Source of the DNA: Chloroflexota bacterium
GTDB taxonomy: Bacteria > Chloroflexota > Dehalococcoidia > Lucifugimonadales > JADFKI01
Direction: 5' to 3'
DNA length: 64,000 bases
Assembly: GCA_027623195.1 (NCBI GenBank)
Contig: JAQBUT010000019.1
Location: 1 to 64,000 of the forward strand
The notes beneath the pieces are model-generated. The model was given only the letters and a program-made list of their open reading frames with translations. It did not search any database and was not told the origin of the DNA. Positions 9,854 to 19,611 of the stretch are shown piece by piece. The translations under genes were made by a program, and so were the position numbers. Each line of letters begins with the position of its first letter. Positions within the stretch are counted from its first letter, which is position 1.

Positions 9854-11515
9854 CTATCTAGATAGCTTTTCGGCAAGCTGCTGAATAGTCGAGGCTACGT
9901 CACTCCCGGCCACGACCCTGACGGCGCGGCGACCCTGTGCCACCAGCGCGTCCAGGTCCCCGGAGGCCTGTGAGTCCACTAGCACGCCAAAGCCGTAGTC
10001 CGATCCAGGAATGGCTATGTCTTCGGCATGAAGAGCCGTTATTTGCAAGAAGAGGCCGGTGTCCGGTCCGCCCTTGTGAAGCTGCCCTGTTGAGTGCAGG
10101 AACCTGGGGCCGTATCCCAACGTAGTAGCTATTTTGTGACGCCGCATAACCGCCTCACGAAGCGACGTCATGGCAGCGTCGGTCTCTGGCGTCTGTTTCA
10201 CATATGCCATGATGGCCAGGTAATCGCCTGGGCGGACTAGAGACAGTAGTTCGTTGAGCGAGCCCCGCGCCTCTAGCTTGGGGCGTACGCCTGTCGACTG
10301 ATACTCCGAAAGCACCTTGGCCGTAATATCCTTGGCCTGCTGCACGTTGGGCTGGTCGAAGGGCTGAATGCCTAACGCCGACCCTGCCACGGCCGTGGCA
10401 AACTCCCATCGAAAGAACTCGGCAGCTATATCGCAAGCGTCGTCCAGGTCCAGGCGAACCAAGGGATGGCCTGCGTCTTCTAGCTTGGCCAGCCTTGAGT
10501 CGGTTTCGCCGTTGTCGTCGCCGGCCAACCGAAGATGCACAAACAGACGGTCGTCGCCATACGCGTCGGCCTCTAGTAGCGGTTCGTCTGCCACGGGGAC
10601 GATGCCTTTGCCCTCTTTACCCGTACTCTCGGCCAAAAGCTGCTCAACCCAAAGTCCGAAACCTGCAATGCGCGGCGAGGCCACCAGTGTAAGCTTGTCT
10701 CTGCCCTGCTTTGCCAGCGTCGCCATGGTCGCGCCAAGGAGCACGCCAGGGTTGTCCCGAAGTGCGACTTTGGGGAGACACTTTGTCCGCATATAATCGA
10801 GGCTATTGAGTAGGAGGGGCAGGTCCATACCGGCCAAAGCAGCGGGTACCAGGCCAAACAACGATTGCACGGAGTAACGGCCACCTATGTCGCTCCGGTT
10901 GAGAAAGGCCTTTCGGAACCCGTCACGCTCCGCCAGCCCATGCAGCACCGAGCCAGAGTCAGTAACTGCGACGAAGTGTCTTCCGGCGGCATCATGGCCT
11001 ACGGAGGCCTCAACCACGGCTCTGAAATAGCGATAGAGGCTGTTGGGCTCTATGGTGCTGCCCGACTTGGAGGATACGATGAACAGGGATTCCGCGGGGT
11101 TTATGGATTGGGTAACAGAAAGAATCCACGCCGGCACAGTGGAGTCCAGGACCGTCAACCGGGGGTAACCGTCGGCCCTACCTATAGCTTGGCGCAAGAC
11201 CTCGGGCCCCAGGCTGCTTCCACCCATGCCCAAGAGGACCACGTCCCTGATTCCGTCGGCCTTTACATCATTTACGAATGCTTGGAGGGATTCCGTCTGG
11301 TCGCGCATGTCGAGAGAGACATCGAGCCAGCCAAGACGGTCGGAAATTTCTGAGGGGTCAGGTTTCCAGACCGTGTGATCTCCCACCCAAATGCGAGGAA
11401 TTACATCGCCCCGATCGAGGTTATTTAGGGTGTCGTCTACCGCTGCCTGAAAATTCCCCAACGCCAACTTGTTATCGGCTGCCTTCCTTTTCGAGAAGCT
11501 GGACGCGTTTGGCAT
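9854..11515 (-). CDS. pgi: Glucose-6-phosphate isomerase of the Tal-PGI fusion type
   Basis: LGMGGSSLG, SSKSGST, IGGRYS, QLLAESTGK, FDQPNVQ; start uncertain, overlaps the end of tal. Confidence 0.9.
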   Translation of the reverse strand: MPNASSFSKRKAADNKLALGNFQAAVDDTLNNLDRGDVIPRIWVGDHTVWKPDPSEISDRLGWLDVSLDMRDQTESLQAFVNDVKADGIRDVVLLGMGGSSLGPEVLRQAIGRADGYPRLTVLDSTVPAWILSVTQSINPAESLFIVSSKSGSTIEPNSLYRYFRAVVEASVGHDAAGRHFVAVTDSGSVLHGLAERDGFRKAFLNRSDIGGRYSVQSLFGLVPAALAGMDLPLLLNSLDYMRTKCLPKVALRDNPGVLLGATMATLAKQGRDKLTLVASPRIAGFGLWVEQLLAESTGKEGKGIVPVADEPLLEADAYGDDRLFVHLRLAGDDNGETDSRLAKLEDAGHPLVRLDLDDACDIAAEFFRWEFATAVAGSALGIQPFDQPNVQQAKDITAKVLSEYQSTGVRPKLEARGSLNELLSLVRPGDYLAIMAYVKQTPETDAAMTSLREAVMRRHKIATTLGYGPRFLHSTGQLHKGGPDTGLFLQITALHAEDIAIPGSDYGFGVLVDSQASGDLDALVAQGRRAVRVVAGSDVASTIQQLAEKLSR

Positions 11516-12599
11516 CGACGTTCCCCAACAGCGTGTCAAAGGAATCGGCAAAGGCCTTTACTCCGTCGGCAAGCAACTTGGACGTAACCTGCTCCATGCT
11601 GACACCAGCCTTTTCCAGAGACTCCGCTGCCTTCGCGGCGGCGTCCACACCGTCGGTGAGTGTAAGCTTCGGGTCGCCGTGATCTAGATAGGCCTCCAAG
11701 GTAACATCAGGTAGGGTGTTCACGGTATTGTTACCGATTAGTGAATCGACGTATAAGACATCGCTATAAGCGGGATTCTTCACGCTGGTGCTGGCCCACA
11801 AGGGCCGCTGCACGTTGGCGCCCTTCCCTTGCAGTTCAGCAAATCGACCCTGGCCGAAGGTGTTGTTGAATTCCCGGTATGCCAGCTTGGCATTGGCAAT
11901 GGCCGCCTGGCCCAGCAAGCCCTTTAGCTCCGGGTTGCCGTTCCTTATCTTGTCCTCCAGTTGACCGTCCACAGTAGTGTCAACCCTGCTGACAAAAAAG
12001 GAGGCCACGGAGCCAACCTTGCTGACATCGCCGCCATCCGAGGCTAGCTTTTCCAGACCACTCAGGTAGGCCTCTCGCACCTGAGCGTACATCTGAAGGG
12101 AGAAGATGAGCGTGATGTTTACGTTGATGCCCTCGCCGATGAGATGTTTCACGGCAGGGATGCCCTCGGGAGTGGCCGGAACTTTGATCATTACGTTGGG
12201 CCTGCCAAGCTCAGCGTAGAGCCGCCGCGCTTCGGCGATGGTCCCGTCTGTGTCGGCTGCCAGATGCGGATTAACCTCCAACGAGGCGAAACCGTCGCGG
12301 CCACCGGTAGCGTCATATATTGGCCTCAGAAGGTCGGCCACGTCCCGAATGTCCTCGATGGCCAACGCCTCGAAGATGTCCGCCGCGCTCTTGCCGCCTC
12401 GGGCCAAACCGACCATGGCGTCGTCGTAATCGGCGCCGCTGGAAATAGCCTTCTCGAATATGCTGGGGTTGGACGTTAGGCCGGTCACCCCGGTGTCTAT
12501 CAGCTTTTGCAGATCACCAGACTTGATGAGCCCTCGGCTTACGTTATCGAACCAGATCGACTGGCCAAGCTTCTGAAGTTCCTTGATGGTGTTGGTCAT
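11472..12599 (-). CDS. tal: Transaldolase (actinobacterial/plastid type)
   Basis: GQSIWFDN, TSNPSIF, MIKVPAT, ASFFVSRVD, RPLWAST. Confidence 0.95.
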   Translation of the reverse strand: MTNTIKELQKLGQSIWFDNVSRGLIKSGDLQKLIDTGVTGLTSNPSIFEKAISSGADYDDAMVGLARGGKSAADIFEALAIEDIRDVADLLRPIYDATGGRDGFASLEVNPHLAADTDGTIAEARRLYAELGRPNVMIKVPATPEGIPAVKHLIGEGINVNITLIFSLQMYAQVREAYLSGLEKLASDGGDVSKVGSVASFFVSRVDTTVDGQLEDKIRNGNPELKGLLGQAAIANAKLAYREFNNTFGQGRFAELQGKGANVQRPLWASTSVKNPAYSDVLYVDSLIGNNTVNTLPDVTLEAYLDHGDPKLTLTDGVDAAAKAAESLEKAGVSMEQVTSKLLADGVKAFADSFDTLLGNVDAKRVQLLEKEGSR

Positions 12600-13109
12600 A
12601 TCTGAGCCTCTCATTAATAGAACTCCGCCCCCCGTCCCTTGGAGGTTAAAGTTTCTAAGTTATATTCAACTGATGAGACGATGACGGAATTAGCATTTTG
12701 AGGGATTTTGATCCCTAGGGGCTACAATTGGTGAGGCTCTTCAGTCACCGTGCACCTCTCTGCAATCTACTGGAGAGCGTTCATATTTAGTCTGCCCTTG
12801 AGATAAATAGACCCCCAATTATACCACACGGGTACATTCCAATTTTCCACCGGACATCCGGAATATTCAATCGCCCAAAGCCACCTATTATGAAAGATGC
12901 GAAATTTTCTCGTATTACCCTTTGGACAAGCCCAGGGCAAACGCAATTCTAAACCTACGTTCCTGCTTAGCCCGCGCCACCAAAGGCAATACGACGATTT
13001 TTCGTGTAAAGCAGCCCTCCACAAACGAAATTCTGACAACTCATTTTTTATCCAGAATCTCCGCGATCGTGCGCCAACCAGTCTTCACTTCAGGATGCTC
13101 GCGTGACAA

Positions 13110-14657
13110 CTAAAGATTTCCGTGGACCAGCGCGTCGTATAGCTCCGACTGGGACTGAATGGCGCGGACGTAGACTCCAGACCGTGTTTCGTCGGGTAGA
13201 TACGTCGACGCGACAGGCGGCTCCACGTCCCTCAAGCCGGACCAGATGCCCAGCGCCCTCAAGGCCAGAATAGCGGAGCCCCGGGTAGCGGCCTCCGGCA
13301 CCGCGCTCATGGTTATAGGCTGGCCAAGTACGTCGGCCATAAGTTGGGCCCAGTACGGCGAACTCAATATGGCCCCGCCGTTGGCAACGATCAAAGCGTC
13401 TTTCGAGGCGTATGGCTTCAACAGGTCCCATATCAAGGCGAATCTATACGCCACAGCCTCTAACCACGCCTGCACTATCTGCACCGGACTGGTGGCGACG
13501 CTGATGCCCTGCACCACGCTGGTGGCGTCTGAGGCCCAGCCCGGACTGCGCTCGCCCGACAAGAAGGGCAGCACTCGCAGTCCGTGAGCCGCCGGGTCCA
13601 GTGAGGCCAACGCAATGTCCAGTTCGGAACGGTCCTGTGAAAATCCCAGGGTGTTATACAGCCAGGCGTAAACGCTCCCCGCGTCGGTGAGGGCGCCCCC
13701 CAGGACGGTCCGACCCCTCAAGTGATACCCCCACAGCCCTTTGGGAATATTCGCTGGCCTGCTATCCAAAAGCATCCTCATGGCCCCGCTAGTGCCAAGG
13801 GTTAGCGCCACGCGATCATCCCCCACGCACCCGCAGCCCACATTAGCCGCACCGCCATCCGGCACGGTGAGAAAGAAAGGCACGTCGCGCAAGGCAGGCC
13901 AACGGTTGGCATACGCTGGCGACAATCCTCGGTGATGCGAATCGTCACTGGCCAACCTGGGTAGTTGTTCCGTCGACAAAGGCAAAACCGAGAGAAGCTC
14001 CTGGTCCCAAGTCAGCTTCGCCACGTCCAGCATGCCAGCCCATGATGCCGCGGCGGTACTTACAGGGACATCATCAAGCCCGAACCAGCGCCGGTGGCAG
14101 AACGCGCCCACATCCACCCACTGATGCGCCTGCTCCACAAGGTCAGGCTGGTTCTTAGACAGCCACAGCATTTGGGCAGGCATGTACGACGTATGCTGGT
14201 GGCAGCCGGTCCGCTGATGCACAGCATCCTCGTCCACCATCTGCCTCAGTTGGACAACTTCCGCCCTGGCCCGGCTGTCTGCGTAGGTAAAGAACGGACC
14301 CAATGGCTCGCCTTCATCGTCCAGTGGAATCATTGTCATGGCCATCGAATCCATACCCACCGCGACGATTTCATTTTGCAGAGAGGCCGCTTTTGCCAGC
14401 ACGTCGCCCATGACAGATTCAACGGCGTTGAGTACATGATCAGGCCACTCAACGGCGGCTCCGGCAACATCCGTATGCAGCTCGTGACCGGACTGCGACA
14501 GAGTTCCCTCGACCATAGTGGCCTCCGCGTCGTAGAGTGCGGCTTTGACAGAGGAGCTGCCTACATCTACGGCAAGAACAAAGGGCTTCTGATAATTCTT
14601 ATTGGAAGCGACCATGGCAAAGCCTGAAAGAGAATTTGAGCCAATCTTATCTGGCAC
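13110..14657 (-). CDS. FGGY-family carbohydrate kinase, probably gluconokinase
   Basis: DVGSSSVKA, LTLGTSGAMR, PFLSGERSPGW; upstream of tal-pgi-gnd. Confidence 0.85.
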   Translation of the reverse strand: MPDKIGSNSLSGFAMVASNKNYQKPFVLAVDVGSSSVKAALYDAEATMVEGTLSQSGHELHTDVAGAAVEWPDHVLNAVESVMGDVLAKAASLQNEIVAVGMDSMAMTMIPLDDEGEPLGPFFTYADSRARAEVVQLRQMVDEDAVHQRTGCHQHTSYMPAQMLWLSKNQPDLVEQAHQWVDVGAFCHRRWFGLDDVPVSTAAASWAGMLDVAKLTWDQELLSVLPLSTEQLPRLASDDSHHRGLSPAYANRWPALRDVPFFLTVPDGGAANVGCGCVGDDRVALTLGTSGAMRMLLDSRPANIPKGLWGYHLRGRTVLGGALTDAGSVYAWLYNTLGFSQDRSELDIALASLDPAAHGLRVLPFLSGERSPGWASDATSVVQGISVATSPVQIVQAWLEAVAYRFALIWDLLKPYASKDALIVANGGAILSSPYWAQLMADVLGQPITMSAVPEAATRGSAILALRALGIWSGLRDVEPPVASTYLPDETRSGVYVRAIQSQSELYDALVHGNL

Positions 14658-14794
14658 ACATCATACATTCCCGTCAGTTTAGTCGCATGGTTCGCCATAT
14701 GGTGTGCTGATTTATCGAACATCCTCTACAAAGTCGGGGCCTGTCGTATAATTCTTGCGATGACTTACCGATTCCTCAACCATGTTGCTGCGTT

Positions 14795-16096
14795 TTGCCT
14801 CTAAACGACACGGGCTCGCAGCCAGAGCCATCCCCAGAGGAACGGCAAGACACGCGGTCAACTCCCGCAGTGGACACTTCCCCTATAAGGCCGTGGTCGG
14901 CGCTAGCCTACCGCGACTACCGCATGCTATGGATATCCGGCGTGGCGCAGATGATAACCATGCAAATGCGCCTTCTGGTCACCGGCGTCTGGCTGTATGA
15001 GGAGACCGGGTCCGGAGTGCAGCTAGGTCTTCTCGGCATAGTGCAGTTGGCGGTGCAATTGCCTGCGGTACTATACGGCGGTGCGTTGGCCGATCAGATC
15101 GATCGCAAAAAGCTTATGTCCTATTCACAAACCGTCAGCTTCGTTCTGCTTGTAGGCCTCACGGCGTTGGTGGCCACGGACCACCTCCGAGCCTGGCACA
15201 TATACGCCACCACGGCTATTTTGGGCGTTGCCAGCACCCTGGGCAATCCCGCCAGATCAGCTTTGACTGCCAACGTGGTGCCCAGAACTCACCTGATGCA
15301 CGCCGTCACAACCAACACAGCCACCTTCCAAGTCGGCGCGGTCATATCGCCCCTGGTCTTCGCCTGGACCATAACGTCGCTAGGATTCACCGCGACCTTT
15401 GCTACAGCCGCAGCCATAGCCGTGCCCGGAATCATCCTGCCCTTGATGATACGCGTGTCCGGCATTCCACAAGACAGAAGCACAGAGACCTCCATGTTGA
15501 GACGAATGTGGCAAGGCTTCCTGTTCATCAAGTCGCATCCCATACTGCCTGGCCTCTACGTAATGGATGTCGGCGTTACCATAGTCAGCCACTACAGGCA
15601 GATAATGCCGCTAATGGCGGACCGGCTGTTTAAGGCTGGCCCGGGGGCTGTCGGAGTTATGACGGCTGCCAATTCCGTCGGGGGCATCGCGGGCACCTTT
15701 GCCGTTCTTTTCCTAACGAGCTTCAGGGCCAAGGGAATGCTGGTGATGTACGCAACTCTGGCATTCGCCCTTTTGCTGATCGCACTGGGGTTCACGACAG
15801 CCCTTTGGCTTGGTGTAGTCATTCTCATCGGCCTTGGCGCAACGGACGCCATCGGCATGGCGACGCGCCAGACTACGGTGCAGTTGACTACGCCGGACAA
15901 CATGAGGGGGCGTGCGGTCAGCTTTAACAACGTCGCGGCCATGAGCGCAAACAACATCGGGACCTTCGAGGTTGGCTTCATGTCTGAACAGATCGGCGCA
16001 GGCAATACAATGCTCCTGGCAGGCGGGGTGGGCCTTGTCGTAGTGCTACTGGTTTGGCGCTCCATGAGAGCCATTCGCGACTACCGGTACCCCTGA
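14795..16096 (+). CDS. MFS transporter (DHA3/EntS-like)
   Basis: About 12 hydrophobic segments, GALADQIDRKK motif A, PDNMRGR. Confidence 0.88.
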   Translation: MPLNDTGSQPEPSPEERQDTRSTPAVDTSPIRPWSALAYRDYRMLWISGVAQMITMQMRLLVTGVWLYEETGSGVQLGLLGIVQLAVQLPAVLYGGALADQIDRKKLMSYSQTVSFVLLVGLTALVATDHLRAWHIYATTAILGVASTLGNPARSALTANVVPRTHLMHAVTTNTATFQVGAVISPLVFAWTITSLGFTATFATAAAIAVPGIILPLMIRVSGIPQDRSTETSMLRRMWQGFLFIKSHPILPGLYVMDVGVTIVSHYRQIMPLMADRLFKAGPGAVGVMTAANSVGGIAGTFAVLFLTSFRAKGMLVMYATLAFALLLIALGFTTALWLGVVILIGLGATDAIGMATRQTTVQLTTPDNMRGRAVSFNNVAAMSANNIGTFEVGFMSEQIGAGNTMLLAGGVGLVVVLLVWRSMRAIRDYRYP

Positions 16097-16223
16097 TACC
16101 CATACCGTTCCTGAGACCAAATCACGACCCTAACGGAACCCAGCGTTGTGCTATACTCTAGCCCGATTTCAAAACGATAATTCCCCCATCAAGTTGACCC
16201 AAACGGACAGGCGAGGTGAGATT

Positions 16224-17069
16224 ATGACGACCCAGGGTTACACCAACCCAGACCTGCTTGTGGAGAGCGAATGGCTTGCCGAGCGGCTGGACGATCCGAA
16301 TGTACGCATCGTTGACTGCGATCCCATGGACGTATACCGCCGGGCACACATCAAGAACGCGGTGGGCATACCCGTGCACCACTACATCAAGCAGGTGGAG
16401 TACGACTCCGATGTCAGGAAGTACCCGCTGGTTGCGCCTGCGGACAGGATGAAAGAGATCATGGAGTCCATGGGCATTGGAGACGACACCCTTGTCGTTG
16501 CCTACGACAGCAATGGCTCTCTGTGGGCAGCCAGGCTGTGGTGGACGCTGAACTACTACGGCCACACCAATGTGAAGGTCTTGAACGGCGGCTGGCGAAA
16601 GTGGTTCGACGAAGGACGACCTGTGGAAGATGGCAGCCCAACCATTCCGGCGGTGACATTTACCCCCAACGCCAATCCGGACCTCATATGCACAGTGGAC
16701 TACGGCGTGGCAAGCGTGGGCAATTCGGACGTGCTATTCTTGGACGTTCGCTCGGGCGGCGAGTGGGAAGGTACCAACGCTCGGGGCAACAAGAGGGTTG
16801 GTCGAGTACCAGGCTCAGTTCATCTGGAGTGGCTCAATTTTGTCACAAAGGACAAGTTCCAGACCATAAAGCCAGCTAGCGAACTCCGTGACATGCTGGC
16901 GGCGGCGGGGGTGACACCTGAAAAAGAAGTCGTCACTTATTGACAGGGTGGCATCCGTGCGGCGCACGGTGTGTTCATCCTCCAGCTACTGGGATACCAG
17001 AGGACTCGAAACTACGACGGCTCTATGGGCGAGTGGGCCAACCGCGACGATACGCCGCTGACGGTGTAG
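16224..17069 (+). CDS. Selenocysteine-containing tandem rhodanese / sulfurtransferase (SseA/TST type), read through TGA 16941-16943
   Basis: EVVTY-TGA-QGGIRAAHG...NYDGSMGEW...TAG; the TGA falls at the catalytic Cys of the CxxGxR loop and the C-terminal signature YDGSxxEW lies after it; RBS GAGGTG before ATG 16224. Confidence 0.93.
16951..16974 (+). promoter_or_regulatory. Putative bacterial SECIS
   Basis: CCGTGC(16955-60)-GGC-GCACGG(16964-69); G-initiated loop starting 17 nt after the TGA. Confidence 0.65.
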
Positions 17070-17105
17070 CGGATTTCCGGCAAATTTCTGTGGCGACGAT
17101 AAATT

Positions 17106-17196
17106 TGGCTCCGCAGGTAGTCCGCCGCAGCGTAGAACCTACGACCGATCGGTTAATCCGCCGCGGCGGAATTGCTCTACCGCTGAGCTACTGCGA
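17106..17196 (-). pseudogene. Degenerate tRNA-Asn copy with two 14-nt palindrome substitutions
   Basis: Near-identical to 17204-17278 except that GATTC is replaced by TCCGCCGCAGCGTA (17121-34) and CAGCCG by TCCGCCGCGGCGGA (17157-70). Confidence 0.9.
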
Positions 17197-17203
17197 GAAA
17201 AGT

Positions 17204-17278
17204 TGGCTCCGCAGGTAGGATTCGAACCTACGACCGATCGGTTAACAGCCGATTGCTCTACCACTGAGCTACTGCGGA
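17204..17278 (-). tRNA. tRNA-Asn(GTT)
   Basis: TCCGCAGTAGCTCAGTGGTAGAGCAATCGGCTGTTAACCGATCGGTCGTAGGTTCGAATCCTACCTGCGGAGCCA: complete cloverleaf with encoded CCA. Confidence 0.97.
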
Positions 17279-17377
17279 GCGTGGGTGTGTGAAGGGGATA
17301 TCTTGAAAGAGATATTCCTGCCACGACATATGTTAGCATCGGTGGCCCACGCCTTCAAGCTGATTTTGTCGTAAGGA

Positions 17378-17656
17378 TCAAGAATCAGAGGCAGCCGTGA
17401 TAATGACCGTTCGCAGCCAGTCCCTGTCCGCCCCGGTCTTCAAATAGCGCTCCCTCATCATCGCCTCAGATCTAGTGGCAAACTCCTCACTGTGAAACAA
17501 AACCCAGGGGCCCCTGCCCTTCGTGTAGCTAGACAGTCCTCCATTATGCTCGGAGGCTCGTCTAGGCAAATCCTTGGTCTGACCGGTATAAAGCCCGCCT
17601 GTAGATTCGCTGACAAATACATAAACGTAAAATGTTTCTACTTCTGAAGGGGCCAA
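17378..17656 (-). CDS. Small stand-alone GIY-YIG nuclease (YhbQ/UPF0213-like)
   Basis: FYVYV...LYTGQT..L.RR..EHN.G...YTK...PW.L...E......A..RE..LK; only a TTG start, may be decaying. Confidence 0.88.
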   Translation of the reverse strand: MAPSEVETFYVYVFVSESTGGLYTGQTKDLPRRASEHNGGLSSYTKGRGPWVLFHSEEFATRSEAMMRERYLKTGADRDWLRTVIITAASDS

Positions 17657-17709
17657 GCTGTGAAATCCAACAGAAAGTTAAAGCCTATCCCATTGTAGTA
17701 GTTAGATTA

Positions 17710-17776
17710 CGGTTAATCCGCCGCGGCGGATTTGCTCTACCACTGAGCTACTGCGGGGCCTGGGTGTGTGAAGGGG
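17710..17776 (-). pseudogene. 5'-half tRNA-Asn copy plus leader, with the same palindrome in the anticodon arm
   Basis: CGGTTAA-TCCGCCGCGGCGGA(17717-30)-TTTGCTCTACCACTGAGCTACTGCGG, plus flank TGGGTGTGTGAAGGGG shared with the intact tRNA. Confidence 0.88.
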
Positions 17777-17886
17777 TTATGTTATAAGAGGCTTTACCAG
17801 AGGACTGTATAATAATATCATCCCCTGTGGACAAATAGTAGACAGGTACAACGGAAATTTACACCAAGTAAATTGCTGCCTACAAG

Positions 17887-18282
17887 ATGAAAAACAGCTT
17901 CCCACGTAAGCCGATGAGTATCAGCCGTAGCGCCAGAAGCTTTGGCAACGCACTTCGCGGAATCCGCACTGTGCTGGCGACTCAAGCCAACGCCCTACTG
18001 CACCTGGCAATCGCCGTCGGCGTTGTGGCGCTCGGGCTGTTCTTGGGCATCTCTCTAATGGAATGGGCACTGGTAGCCATCTGCATTTGTTCTGTCCTTG
18101 CTGCGGAGGCCTTCAACACAGCCCTGGAGTTTCTGGCGGACGGGCTGGAACCGGACCACAACCCTCTGGTCGGTCGATCCAAAGACATAGCCGCCGGGGC
18201 CGTGCTGCTAACGTCGATAGGGGCTGTTGTTGTTGGGATGCTAGTCTTTATCCCGCACGTACTGGCGCTGATTTCAGACTAG
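17887..18282 (+). CDS. dgkA: DgkA-family diacylglycerol/undecaprenol kinase
   Basis: SFGNALRG, AEAFNTALE, SKDIAAGAVL. Confidence 0.9.
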   Translation: MKNSFPRKPMSISRSARSFGNALRGIRTVLATQANALLHLAIAVGVVALGLFLGISLMEWALVAICICSVLAAEAFNTALEFLADGLEPDHNPLVGRSKDIAAGAVLLTSIGAVVVGMLVFIPHVLALISD

Positions 18283-18293
18283 ATACCAGACCC

Positions 18294-19526
18294 CTACTGC
18301 AATCGACGTATTCTCGGCATGCCAAGTGCGGCGGCAATGCTTATGGCCGTCAGCATGGAGCCGTTGACCAGCAACGCGGCCGGCGCGCCGAAACTTCCGG
18401 CGATGACCCCCACTCCCAGGTGTCCTATAGGCGCTACGCCTATGCTGAGCACCCAGGAACCCGTGGCGCGGCCTCGCTGCTCATTAGTGACGTTGAGCTG
18501 CATAAGCGTCTTGTATAGCGTGTCCACAATGGAGGCGCATGCGTTGATGAACCCCAAGACGAGAAGGAATACCACCAGGTGCTTGGACCAGAAGAAGGCC
18601 ACTTGGCCCAGGCCGAACCCGGTGGCACTGGCAAACATCAGCCAACCTTTGCGTCTAGTATTAGCCATGAAGGCCAGTAAAAGAAGCCCCAAGGCACCCC
18701 CTCCCTGACGCACCGCCGTTACGAAGCCGAATCCCAGCGGGCCCAGGCCAAGAACATCCTTGCTGTACACAACGAGAACGCTTTGGTGAGTGAAACCGAA
18801 TACCTCTGTAGCGCTGGTCAACAGCATCAGCACCATAAGAGTCCGGTTCTCGCGGAGCAACTGAAAATAGCCAGCCAGGTTGCTCATAACGGACTCCCGC
18901 TCCTTAGGTGCTGCCTGTCCCACATCACGGGCAGCCAGAAGGAAAAGTACCGAGGCTGCATTGGCGGCCCCAATTACGAGGTACTGGACCCCCACACCTG
19001 ACTGGGATACTATCACCCCGGCAACCAGCGATCCTATCACTCCCCCAAATCTCTGCCCCATGGCGTTGAGCGATAAGCCATTGAGGGCTTTTTCCGGCCC
19101 GACGATATCGAAGGTGTAGGAGTGGCGTATGGTCATCACGAACGCCCACATGCAGCCTGTCGCGGCGGCTAACGCAATGACGTACCAGACGTTTTCGACA
19201 CCCGAGAGCAGCATCGCTGCCATGATGAAGGCTATGATGCTTCCGCCTATGGTCACCAATCTCAGAAAAATCCGTCGGTCCACCCTGTCGGTGATTGCCC
19301 CAGACAGTATGCCCAGGAAGAAGAAGGGGGCCATTCGGGCGGCGGCGGATACGCCAACCATAAATGGGGATTCTGTCAGGCTCAGCACAAGCCAGGATAG
19401 AGCCATCTGCTCCATGCCCATCGCCAACGAGTGCAGTAATGTTGCGCCCCACAAAAACCGGAAGTCTCTGTACTGGAATGATGCCGCCCAGGTAGAGTTT
19501 GGTCCTAGAAACGACCTCATCGCCAT
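18294..19526 (-). CDS. MFS transporter (DHA3-like)
   Basis: GAITDRVDRR motif A, about 12 TM segments. Confidence 0.88.
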   Translation of the reverse strand: MAMRSFLGPNSTWAASFQYRDFRFLWGATLLHSLAMGMEQMALSWLVLSLTESPFMVGVSAAARMAPFFFLGILSGAITDRVDRRIFLRLVTIGGSIIAFIMAAMLLSGVENVWYVIALAAATGCMWAFVMTIRHSYTFDIVGPEKALNGLSLNAMGQRFGGVIGSLVAGVIVSQSGVGVQYLVIGAANAASVLFLLAARDVGQAAPKERESVMSNLAGYFQLLRENRTLMVLMLLTSATEVFGFTHQSVLVVYSKDVLGLGPLGFGFVTAVRQGGGALGLLLLAFMANTRRKGWLMFASATGFGLGQVAFFWSKHLVVFLLVLGFINACASIVDTLYKTLMQLNVTNEQRGRATGSWVLSIGVAPIGHLGVGVIAGSFGAPAALLVNGSMLTAISIAAALGMPRIRRLQ

Positions 19527-19611
19527 AAGGGAGTTGTGAATGTGCGAAGCATAACGAGCGGGATTATAGCACCGTGAGGAGTTGCCAGGGCCATTTCTTG
19601 GCCGGCTCTAA

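Noticed and set aside
12620..13100. Short ORFs or a riboswitch in the AT-richer gap between tal and the kinase
   Set aside because: No recognisable protein or RNA motif.
16940..17339. ORFs 16940-17218 (+) and 17139-17339 (-)
   Set aside because: They are shadows over the rhodanese 3' end and the tRNA copies.
17106..17776. CRISPR array, tRNA intron or integrase att-site duplication
   Set aside because: The repeats are tRNA-derived with no spacer periodicity and no cas or integrase gene. The duplicated parts include the 5' half and leader, and the inserts replace bases rather than interrupting them.
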